Shown here: one piece after another, positions 53,341-64,000 of the stretch | How positions within the stretch are numbered: the stretch's first letter is position 1 | How the letters are laid out: each line of letters starts with the position of its first letter | DNA from: Negaprion brevirostris | Taxonomy: Eukaryota | Length of the DNA: 64,000 bases | Assembly: GCA_030324005.1 (NCBI GenBank) | Contig: JARDVH010000121.1 | Span: 6,946,508-7,010,507 of the forward strand | Reading direction: 5' to 3' | Position numbers and translations under genes: made by a program | Notes under the pieces: model-generated | What the model saw: only the letters and a program-made list of their open reading frames with translations | What the model was told of the DNA's origin: nothing | The model's database searches: none

Positions 53341-55474
53341 CCTTCGAAGTGGTACACCATCTCTACAGAGTCTCTGGAGATTTCCATTCCCCCATGCCTA
53401 TTGTTTTATGTGTTTTTTTCTTTTTTCGTCCCACTTTCCGTCACGAAATGCCATCAGCCAGCGTATTTCTTCGGACGTGATTCACGGTTCTGTCTGCCAA
53501 CCTGTCCATCAGCGTATTGGTGTACATATAATCGTTTCACATCACTGTTTGTGTAACAATATATTATTGCAAACACATCTCTTATCCTTTCAGTTGTATA
53601 GTTTAGTCCATATGTCGGTGCTCTCTTAAAACAAATCTTTTGCTGATTTCCTCCCTCTCCGGTAGTTAATACTTCGCCGAATCCCAACACAAATTACTCG
53701 GGATTTACAGTTAGCTTCAGGCATATCGTGGACTCAATTATCGTAACACATTCCGGTCAATATGCGTTATTTTACATCTATCAAATGCGTTCGCTGCCTT
53801 TCTGATCTTTTTTTTCGTATTTTCACCCAAACGCATTACATCCACGTGATAGCATCCTTACCATCGTTGTGCATTCTAAGATCTGTGAGGCATAAGAATA
53901 AGCTTGTAAATACTTCCATTATTTCCTATTTATTACCAACATGACAAGTAGCTTACAGATGATAACTTTGAATATTCAAGGCTGAACGTTGTCAATTGTT
54001 CGGAACGCTGATGGCACACGTCCGAGAAATAATTCACAAGTGCAATCAATGTAGGTGAATAAAAATGAATTATTTCGACAAGAATTGCTCCAAACGTTTG
54101 AAAACACTGCAACAAGGACTATTGAAGTAAAACCTTCGACATTGTTAGGAATTTTCATAGGCTGGTAAACTAAATTCCAATATCCATAGATAATTATTTA
54201 TGCCTCATGAACAACATTTATATAAATATAGCGCGATGGACAACTTTTAACATACTGAGTGTATAACCCAGAGCGGCAACCTGCATGAATTGCTGCTGAC
54301 GTCATCAAAAAAGTGTAATTATTTCCAAAATCATGTCTACACTGATATTAGTCTTCATTTTACATCAAGACTCCAGACTCGTTGTTCAGAGAGAGTGTCA
54401 GGTTTTTTTGATATAAACACGGTGATATCTCTTCTCAAGTGTGAAAAGAACGTAGATTTTTTTGTTGAAATATGACAAACTGATCTAAGGTAATTTCTCT
54501 TTTCTGTCCTAAGACTCGGGACGTTAATATGCTGACATTTTAAATTGTCGGAGCACAATAGGCTATTAGCTATTTTTTCAACGTCTCAGGCGCTACGTAA
54601 TAATGAAAAAAACGAGTTTACAGATTCTTGAGCTGGGCAATGCTTCCTGGAAAACGAGGTGCAGGCATTTGGAATCAGTAATTACATATTTGGATCCGTA
54701 AGTAAGTCAGGGTTACTAAAAAGGCGGCTTTCATCAAGAATGTAGCGTTCAAATAGTTGCATGGAATGCATTAAATACCTTCAATCTGTTCAATTGAGTG
54801 TGCATCACACTTGATCTACATGATTCGTAAATTCATTAAGGTTCCTCGCATCCCACTCCCCAGAGTTTGAAATTTTCCTCCTCACAACGGCGCTGCAACA
54901 TTGATCTGCCTTGTGCAGCTGCAAAACTCCATTCTGAAAATTAGCGCCGGAACGAGTCTATGTTCAGATATGCAAGCCCGTTTGTTAATTTTCAACTTAC
55001 GAAAAATGGGCTGCAAGATCGCAGCATGTAGCACTGCATGTCCATTACATTGTTGCAATTAAATATAATAAATCTTTCACTGTCTTCAGTAGCTTCTGAA
55101 GTAGTAAGATTTTGGTCTGCAGTTTGTGGTTTTGGGATACGTTTCAAGCAAAACATTTATATTTTTGTTTCTTCCTCCGATCATATATTTTTCATCCATT
55201 CATATTGACTGAGCTAAATGGCCGTGGAGATGCGTTTGAAAGCGTTTCTGTGCTCTTTGTGTGTAAGAAATTATTTGGGCCTCGAAATGTGTCGAAATTC
55301 GAGATGCAGGTTGGATTTATTTATGGAGTGGAATTTTAACAAAATGTGAATATTATCTTACTGGCAATAGAAGCATGCACTGAATTGGCGTCCAAGGTGT
55401 CCTCATGCATCTCAGAAATTTGCATTCTGCAATACCTTTTAGTGTCTGTATCGAGGAACGCTGATTCAAAGTTG

Positions 55475-56073
55475 TTTTTTTAAATCAAATTTACTATTGA
55501 CATGTGCAGTGGGATATATTGGAATATACTTTGTCTTCCCTGCCATATTGGAAAAATATTTTAGAGTGTGCAAAGCGGAGAATGAAACGAGAGGATACAA
55601 AATATAGTGTTGCAGTAACACGTAGCGCAGAGAAACACCACCGTAACCTATTCAACAGTCTGATGCCAGCAAAGAAGAAGTTGTTCTTGAGTAGGTTGAT
55701 GTAATTGCCGGAATTTTATCGGCTTTGAGCATGGGAATCTTCGTTAGCGTCTGGTGTGATTTTACGACCCTCGCCCGAGAGATTTCGAGTAACCGGGCCT
55801 GTCGTCACCTTGATTATGCTGGCTGCTTTTGTGAGGCAGCCGGAAGCATAGACGGAGACAATGTTTGGAAAATGGGTTTGCGTCATGGACTTCCAATGTG
55901 GACATGCTAAATTAAATTAGTGAGATCAATTAGAGCCGTTGAAGGGCTTTCTGAACCATAACGTCCGGATGGATGGACAGCACAGATTCTTGTTGATCTG
56001 AACTTCTCCACAATTTCCACTTTATCATTATTGATCTAGACAAAGACATGTCCGCCATTGTCTTCCCTGAAGT
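55475..56073 (-). mobile_element. Rex1/Babar-like LINE, 3' part (from the DFRK region to the 3'UTR)
   Basis: Reverse-strand INNDKVEIVEKF..MVQKALQRL and 3'UTR similarity. Confidence 0.75.
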
Positions 56074-56079
56074 AGAAAA

Positions 56080-56740
56080 GTCGGAAATGGTTCGAAAAAT
56101 TAGTCACGGCACAAATACATTTGTGCCTCCCAAACAGTGTGGAACCACTACAGTTCTCCTATTGCTACAATACGTCCAAAAACGCCACCTTTCTTGCCCT
56201 ACACTCAAACGTGGAACATCTAGCAAACATAGACACCTATATCGGACTCCCAGTCATAACCCACAATTCGGACTTCAATACAAATTATTCCTACAAAACT
56301 GATCCACAAAATTTGTGGTCTGGGCGTCAGCTCCTCCCAGTGCAATTGGACTCTAGCCATCCTAACCCACTGACTGCAGTCACTAAGTCTAGGCAACAAC
56401 ATTTCTTCCAGAATCATCTGCAACAGTGGTGCTCCCAAGTCTGTATCCTCATCCCCTTCCTATGTGACTTTGAATAACCTCCCTTCCAACTCGCTTTTCA
56501 AGTTTCCTAATGACACCACCATTCCGTTCGGATCTCAAACTATCTCTTTCCTGTACTGTGTCTCACTAGTCGATCTTTCTCTACATCCTCGCTATTACAG
56601 TAAAAGTAATCCTGCAACATATGCTTTAATTCTCAATGTAAAGTATGTTTTGTGTCAATAGCGCGCAATGAATCATACTCTTCACTATATATTAATACAT
56701 GTGGCAACAGTAAAGCCAAGAACCTAATCCAAATCAAACC
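56080..56740 (+). mobile_element. Rex1/Babar-like RT segment (FEKLV...PLQFSY...FKFPNDTT, to ~56540) followed by a 3'UTR piece
   Basis: CLPNSVEPLQFSYCYNTS and PSNSLFKFPNDTTI; tail taatacatgtggcaacagtaaa. Confidence 0.8.
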
Positions 56741-58802
56741 ACACCGCCTGAGTTTTACTTACATTGACGGAAAATTGAAATAAAATGAACAGGCAAGGAT
56801 TGATTTCCGAAGAATGCGAACCATCAATGTCAGCGGAGCTAGTTTACTAGATTGCGTATTTTTAAAGTATTTTTAAAGAATAAGGGCAATATTTTCTTCC
56901 GGCCACATTTGGGTGCATAACCGTAAGGTGATCGTACCTGTTCTCCTTACAAAATAATAATTTTAAAAAATGTTTTCAACAAATTAAAGAGCACATTTGA
57001 AATTTGTCTATGCAACGATCTTTCCCAGATAATGCGAAGGAATTAAGAAACAATACAGTAGCAGAAGAAGGCTGCCTTTCCCCTCGTCATCTTCACATTG
57101 TCCATAAGATTACAATTTGTCTCTCTGTGTTTCCAGTTCTACTTACCTGATCACTCGACGTCAATTGTGGAACTTTGGAACAGAGCCATTGAACTGGACA
57201 CAGCGAAGATGTGAAGACCAGAGAGATGACTATAATTTTATCTCATATAATAATTGCGATCCTCCCACTTTTTCAAAGCAGACGTTGTGTTTTGGTTATG
57301 TTCGGCACCGAAATTTAAGCTTTCACGTCCCAGCAACTGAAGCTCTGGTCCACAGGAATGACACGTACAAGCTGATATATAAGTCTTAACGTTTTCAGGC
57401 GTCTCTGACAGCGTGTTGAGTAGACCCAGCATTCGGAGATCAATTCTGAGATAATACGTCTTTGATATCCTGTTGTAAATCACGTCTTACATTGTATTGC
57501 ATGAAGATAAGATTTTGATCGTAAAACAGACGCAGGGGTTACTCACAACAAATTGATTGTCAGTTTTGGATTAACTGCACTAGCAGGAATCAATCTGCAT
57601 CATGCAGAAGGCATCACATTGTTTAACCTTTTTTTGTTGTTGTTGTGCACTTTAGCAAGTAACTCGTCAGAGTGATATAATTTAGAAAGGAGTTGCTCAG
57701 AGGGAATGTGCACTCGCTGGCCAGGAAGAAATTCTTTGGCGGTGCATTATTTCCGAAACAGTGATATGTAAACACTCTTGAACACTGCAGGATTTATTTA
57801 AGTTCATTGTACTGCACAAGGACCTCCATTATCCATTTGCTGACGTTGTCAAATCAGTTATGTTGTATACTGTTATTGCAAATAACTTTTTTTTTACTGT
57901 TATTGTTTTAAGGGTGTTGCGCTCTACGCCAGCATTGATTGTCCATATCAACATTTTCTTGAGAAAGTAACGATAAACGGCCGTTGGAAACTTTACATTC
58001 CTGCTGTGCATGTACTCGCAAATTGATATTAGAATGTGAGGCTTGGAGTGACTTGGAGTGGAAATATCTGGAACAAGGAGGGTTGGCGTGAGTCTGAGGG
58101 GCTATGGGGCGGACGACGTGGCGGTGGTCGGATCTGTTCTGTGTTCCAGATTTCAGTTGCAGTTATCTAGGCAGTGCGTAGCTGTTGCATTTTCAACTTT
58201 GTTGTCTAAGGGGAATTACTGATTCTCTAAATTGTAGATGTTACAGATTGCTGACACAGTTCGTTGTTGAAGGACGGTTTGAATATTTGTGGGAGGGCAC
58301 CACTCACCAACATAATTTCCACGACTGTCAGATATTATTCTGGGTATGTCACCCTGCGCGATTCACGAAATCACTGATGATACGCTGGCTTAGCTGGAAA
58401 GTATGGATGCCACGCTACGTTATTACATGTGGTGAATTATTTCAAATCTTCTGTAATAACTCATAGCTTCACATACACACGCAGTTTTGAATAACTAGAT
58501 CTGCTTGAAGTCTATTACTTTCATCAGACTGTTGTTGTCAAACGATAGGATGTAGAATGTCTGCAGTTTGAGGTCGAGTTTAGAAGCCATACTTGGAGAA
58601 TGAAATGAAGATGGAGAACATAAAAACTGCCCAGTCAACAGCCAGTCGACAGATGATCGCGAAGGCAATAAATAATATTCATGGCTGGAGTTTGATAGTT
58701 AGCCACTAACCCATTTCAGTTCTGTTCCGATGGATTCATAGGTCTCTAGAGTTGGGTTGTGGATATTTCTGCACTTCGACAAGGGATCAACAGTGCACTG
58801 TA

Positions 58803-59516
58803 NNNNNNNNNNNNNNNNNNNNNNNNNNNNNNNNNNNNNNNNNNNNNNNNNNNNNNNNNNNNNNNNNNNNNNNNNNNNNNNNNNNNNNNNNNNNNNNNNN
58901 NNNNNNNNNNNNNNNNNNNNNNNNNNNNNNNNNNNNNNNNNNNNNNNNNNNNNNNNNNNNNNNNNNNNNNNNNNNNNNNNNNNNNNNNNNNNNNNNNNNN
59001 NNNNNNNNNNNNNNNNNNNNNNNNNNNNNNNNNNNNNNNNNNNNNNNNNNNNNNNNNNNNNNNNNNNNNNNNNNNNNNNNNNNNNNNNNNNNNNNNNNNN
59101 NNNNNNNNNNNNNNNNNNNNNNNNNNNNNNNNNNNNNNNNNNNNNNNNNNNNNNNNNNNNNNNNNNNNNNNNNNNNNNNNNNNNNNNNNNNNNNNNNNNN
59201 NNNNNNNNNNNNNNNNNNNNNNNNNNNNNNNNNNNNNNNNNNNNNNNNNNNNNNNNNNNNNNNNNNNNNNNNNNNNNNNNNNNNNNNNNNNNNNNNNNNN
59301 NNNNNNNNNNNNNNNNNNNNNNNNNNNNNNNNNNNNNNNNNNNNNNNNNNNNNNNNNNNNNNNNNNNNNNNNNNNNNNNNNNNNNNNNNNNNNNNNNNNN
59401 NNNNNNNNNNNNNNNNNNNNNNNNNNNNNNNNNNNNNNNNNNNNNNNNNNNNNNNNNNNNNNNNNNNNNNNNNNNNNNNNNNNNNNNNNNNNNNNNNNNN
59501 NNNNNNNNNNNNNNNN
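58803..59516. other. Largest assembly gap (714 N); 13 other gaps, several of exactly 100 N (probably unknown size)
   Basis: Direct read. Confidence 0.98.
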
Positions 59517-59649
59517 AAACGAAATTAGCAAACATTTCGAAATCCATTCTTGGTTAATCTAATTCACATCTTGAAATCAGCGCGCTTAGGAACGTCACAA
59601 AAGAAATAGTTGAAGGGTTAATAACATTCGCAGTATTTAAATTCGAATT

Positions 59650-59938
59650 ATAATTTATTTATTCGTCAGAAGTAGGCTAATATTAACACTGCAACGATGT
59701 TATTTTGAAAATCATTACACTCTGATTCTTTTTCGCGTACACTGAATTAGATGGTAACATGTTGCAAACGAACGCGTCTTTCAGACTGCGCGAAGAAGCC
59801 GGAGGGCCCAGAGAAAATCCAGTCAGAAACGGGCTGAACCTGCAGCTACCGCATAGTCAGTGATCCAAGCCGGAAATCGCACATAGGTCCCTGGCAATGT
59901 GAAGCAGCCGCGTTAACGCTTGTGCCACCACACCGCCT
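59650..59938 (-). mobile_element. HE1-related SINE (variant tail)
   Basis: aagtaggctaatattaacactgcaa...cagtgatccaagccggaaatcg...ggtccctggcaatgtgaagcagc...tgtgccacc. Confidence 0.8.
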
Positions 59939-61519
59939 CAGAATATCGCTCGACATTTGGATGGAAACTCAGATATTTTTGCACTAACATTGTGAACCCA
60001 TTAAGTTCAATATCATTTTTTTTAATGATATCAGAAGCCATGAGCAAACGTATTCCCCGCTTTTTCAGAGGGTCTAGAAAATAATGGCAAGGAGTTCTTT
60101 GGCCGGTCACATCAGTGGAATTCACCAGTCCCACTTGCAGCAAGCACACCCCCTTATCTTTCCTGCCAGAGTAGGGTGACTTCAATGGAAATTCACATTC
60201 TCTGTAGCGTGACCAAGAAATCCCATTGTTAGCAAAGAGGGGACCACTATCCAAAGGCGGGAAAGTCGGAGATAGGAGGACGAAAATTTTCACCAAACTG
60301 TCCACAGCGATTGGACCACGCTGACGATGCGTCTGTAAAAACGGCTGCTACATTTAAAATGCAAAGACTGTTTTTTTTTACGAAAAAGAAACTACGTTAA
60401 TAATATGCCTCAGGAACACTAGCCAGCTCAAACTGTCCAATAAATTGTCAGACATCACATATTAAATAGTAATATTTCTGTCCGCACCCCACGTGAGAGA
60501 TTGCATGACTGGAATCTCCAAATTGTTGTCCGTATCTAAGTTTATGTCAGAGCTGCAAAGTTCAATAAGCTGTCTTCGTTCCGCAAAAAGCTGTTCAGAA
60601 ACGGGGCTCTGATCACATTGGGTCACTTGGCTGTTACAGTTCAGAATTTATGAAACTTGGGGTGCAAAACTAAGTCGGCATGGTCTTTTTTTTTCTGCGC
60701 TACTGTTTACCTTCTTTTACAATTCGCATAAGTTAATATGATATTGTGTCCACCAAAATATTGCTGATACTATTGATATATTCTTTCGGTTGTTCAGCAC
60801 ATAGACGCTCTATTCATAGCTGTGAAAATTATTTTTTTTTAACAGCTCATTACTTTCTTCAACGAAGGATTGTACACCTCAATCTGTTTTTTTTTAATGG
60901 CATGCAGCACCAATTCATTTGCCCATGTGACCCCTCTCCGAATGATTGCAATATATATCCTTCAACAGAGTTCTCAATCTATCCACGCATATCGCTAATA
61001 TCGGGTATTTCTTATTTATCTTTGCACATATTCAGGACGCGATTGCTTTAAATCATTTGCGTCAGTGCAAATTTTTTAACACTTGACAAAGAACACACGC
61101 TATTATCCTTCTGCCTTCCCAAGTTACGCTCAAACAATACAACTCATTTCATGCATACATAACATTTTTGCACTTAACGTGTGCTATGAGACATAAGGAC
61201 AGGCTTTTCAATGTTCTGTACGCTTTCATTTCTTTCAAAAACATGACACGGAACTCAAATTAAGCAAAACATAATTCAAGATTGTAGATTAACAATACTG
61301 TCCGAAAGCATTTGACAGATCATCGGCAAACCATGCAAAAATATATCCCATGTTCATATGTTCCAATTGTATATGCAAACATGAAGTTTTGGAAACAGTT
61401 ATTAATGGGGCAAATAATGAAACATGTAACATGTATACTCATGGGAATTAACAAAACATTGCGCACCTTTATGAACGTTTCCAAAGACCGCCCAGAGATT
61501 CTGTCAATGGTCATTTGAG

Positions 61520-62295
61520 ATATACGCATGTAGGCCGTTTACAAAGGAGAAATGCTGATGTTTTATTGCCGGTGGTAGGGAATTGGAGAGAGGTGCAGGG
61601 CAACGAGATATTGTGGTACATTTTCATAGCTGTTTGAAGTAGAGTCTCAGGTGAACAGAGTGGTGAAGGAGACGTTCGTCATGCTTGGTTATATCGTTCA
61701 GAGCATTGAATACAGGGGTTGGGACGACTTCTTGAAGTTGTACAAGACAGTGGTAAGGCCAAACTTGGAATAATGTGTCACCTTATTATCGAAAGTGTAT
61801 TACTAAACTAGGAAGAGCGCAGGAAACATTTACTAGGATGCTATCGGGACTTGATGGATTGAGTGATAAAGAGAGGCTGAATACACTGGGGCATTTTTTT
61901 TTTTGGAGGCTGCAGGGTGACCTTATAGATGTCTATAAAAATGAGAGTCACACAACCGTAGATAGTAAATACATTTTCCTAAAGGTAGTGGAGTCTAAAA
62001 TTAGAGTGTATCAGTTTAAGATGAGGGGGGAATGATACAAAAATGTCCAGAAGGGCAACTTCCTCAGGCAGATGGTGGTAACTGTCTGGAACAAGCTGCT
62101 AGATTTTGTAGTAGAGGCGGGTCAATTTTATCGAACAAAAATAGATATTGACATGGGTGCGATGAATATAGGGGGATATCGTCCAAATGTGGGCAATTGG
62201 GATTAGTTTAGGTGTTGAAAAGAATGTAGGGCGGCGTGGGCAAGTTGGGCCGAAGGGCCTGTTTAAATGCTGGAATCCTCTATTGCTCTATGATT
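61520..62295 (+). mobile_element. CR1 3' fragment
   Basis: SPYYRKCITKLGRAQETFTRMLSGLDGLSDKERL..RLQGDLIDVYK; tail gggccgaagggcctg...ctctatgatt. Confidence 0.92.
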
Positions 62296-62587
62296 AGCGA
62301 AGTTATGAGGACAGAGCTGAAGTAGGTCTTGAAACCCGCACTATAATATGGTTAAAGTAGCCGTGCGTAAGATTCCAGATGGGAAATCCCATCCATTCAA
62401 GCTAATCATCGACCCTGAACGGGAGCAAGAATATAAATAACTCCACGAAATTGGCATAAAATGCTCCAGCACCCACTAACCATGGAATTTAATTTACTTC
62501 ACACAACGGAAGATTTAGAACGCCATTTGAAAAAAAAACCTTCTGTTTATTTCCCAGAAAAAGCAAATTTATGCTTTTATGTGAATA

Positions 62588-64000
62588 TAAAACAGAAAAT
62601 GCTGTAAACTCTCAGCAAAGTTTGATACCCTCAGTGTCGAGTGAATAGGCCAACGTTTCAAGACCACATGGCCACTCGTCAGGGCTGGAAACAAGAGAAA
62701 TAGGTGGAAAAATCATATTAGGATGGTCTTGAGAAGTTTTATTCTGTAATTGGACAAAACAAATGTAAATGGGGATGACGGAGGCTATGAGACATTACAA
62801 AGTTTTCCATTGAGAACTCGCGATTTTCGAATGATATAACCGATTCTTATGGGCCTAATAGAGAAATGGGCTGTTTGTCATGTAGAATGGAATGCGTCAG
62901 GGGGAGGAAGCATGAAATGGAGACAAGATTGAAAATAAGGTTGTTAATTGGAGACATGGAATTAAGCATGCAAAATAACACGGTAATGGCTGAATAAGAT
63001 GAAAAGAATACATCCAATAAAATTAATGGAAATTGAGTGAAGATGGAGGGGAGAGGTAATGTTCTGAAGTTGTTGAGCTCTTTGTTCAGTTTGGAAGGAT
63101 GCAAAACGTCCAATCGGAAGATTAGATGCTTGGATGTTGCTCTACCAAATGCGTTTGGAATGGAGCTGATCATCGTAAACATTCATAGAAAATGTGGACA
63201 GGTAAACGGGTGTGTTGAAGTAGCATATGAAGTAAGATCGGGGTTCAGTTTGCAGGGTTACAGATTGACTATGGCAAATCAATCACCTAATATAGGTAGA
63301 GTCTGATCGTTGTAGGGAAGACTACATTGGGAGCAGTGAATGCAATAAATCAGACTGCGTCAGCTGAAAAATGTTTGTGCCCTCGGATCGTGAAAATGGA
63401 GGAGGCAAAGGGATAGATTGTGTACCGACATATATAGCATGGAAAAGTAACGTGAGCAGGGGGTCAGTTGTTGGGTGTGGCGGAGGAGTGCACCCATGTG
63501 TCTTGGAGTGAACAGCGCCTGCTACATGCTGACAGGCACAGTAAGGGCAAGGTGTATTCCATCGTGGTATCATACTAGTGCTGGCAGAAATGGCGCAGCA
63601 TGATCATTTGAATGTGGATGCTGCTGGGATAAAAGTGAGGACAGACCACGATGCTATTCTGATTCTATGATTGAGGGGAGGGCTGAGAGCAGTGGCCCAT
63701 GGAATGGGTCAGTCTCGCTTGAGAACCCTATAAACCACGGTTGGTGAAAAAAAAAACAACAACATTGAGAAAGAAGGATGAAATATCGGCGGTAATAATG
63801 TGAGATTGGCATAATCAGAACAAATGCGCCAAAAACGTACAACCGAGAAAATGACATTGATTCCATACAGGATTTGGCGTGTGGAGGTCTGTTTTCAGAA
63901 GTTGTGGGACTAGGTAAGCATGTGATGTGTACGGTGGGCAGTCTGTCACTATAAATGGAGGGAGACATGTCCAGGTAGGGAAGAGAAATGTCAGAGATGC
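62588..64000 (-). mobile_element. Penelope-like element: RT C-terminus, GIY-YIG end and pseudo-LTR; runs off the window
   Basis: LDMSPSIYSDRL...CMESMSFSRL (~LDLSVSISGDRL..CKDSIPFSQF); HLIFRLDVLHPSKLNKELNNFR (~HLIFRLGTLQPSGLNIEFNNFR); tail aacagaaaatgctg..actctcagca. Confidence 0.85.
62646..62686 (-). ncRNA. Minimal hammerhead ribozyme motif in the Penelope pseudo-LTR
   Basis: Minus strand reads agcc-CUGACGA-guggccauguggucuu-GAAAC-GUU-ggcc. Core boxes are intact, with palindromic AACGUU, a 3-bp stem I and an imperfect stem II. Confidence 0.6.

Noticed and set aside
54297-54304. Perfect CRE palindrome TGACGTCA
   Set aside because: About one is expected by chance in 64 kb; no promoter context.
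57151-57197. Candidate 47-nt minus-strand micro-exon ending CAG|GTAAGT
   Set aside because: No partner exons or recognisable peptide; cannot be distinguished from chance.
58020-58802. Faint TIR-like (ELLQKI.NNSP, I.QSWK) and neurotrophin-like (TACVC) words on the minus strand
   Set aside because: The resemblances are mutually incompatible, lie in different frames and contain many stops; judged over-fitting.
58699-59562. Longest ORFs in the track (258-282 aa)
   Set aside because: Artefacts of translating through N runs; the same applies to all X-containing ORFs.
59913-60305. 130-aa minus-strand ORF
   Set aside because: Non-ATG start, no domain recognised, and it ends inside a SINE.
1-64000. 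CRISPR arrays, operons, rRNA/tRNA/snRNA genes, telomeric arrays
   Set aside because: None seen. The tRNA-like sequences are SINE heads, and the DNA is vertebrate.

Overview
Eukaryotic, AT-rich (~36-38% GC) non-coding DNA with 14 N-gaps. It is almost certainly from a shark: it carries HE1-type SINEs, a Deu-domain SINE/LINE, and elasmobranch-type CR1, Rex1/Babar, Penelope and Harbinger repeats. I found no intact host gene, RNA gene, CRISPR array or prokaryotic system. The ORFs I could assign are decayed transposon fragments; the rest look like chance. Recognisable content: many CR1 fragments from very young to barely legible, five Rex1/Babar-like LINE loci, about eight HE1 SINEs, a degraded Harbinger transposase with a nested MITE and SINE, an endogenous retrovirus remnant with a pseudogenised env (~44.9-46.1 kb, minus strand), and a Penelope-like element with a hammerhead core at the right end. 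The most notable observations are: (1) several LINEs are split into complementary halves in opposite orientation, and three Rex-like copies break near the RT FADD motif; (2) CpG appears almost undepleted in old AT-rich sequence; (3) a recursive-splice-site/RS-exon-like motif lies at ~24.08 kb. All repeat calls come from recalled consensus motifs, not database searches, and boundaries are approximate.
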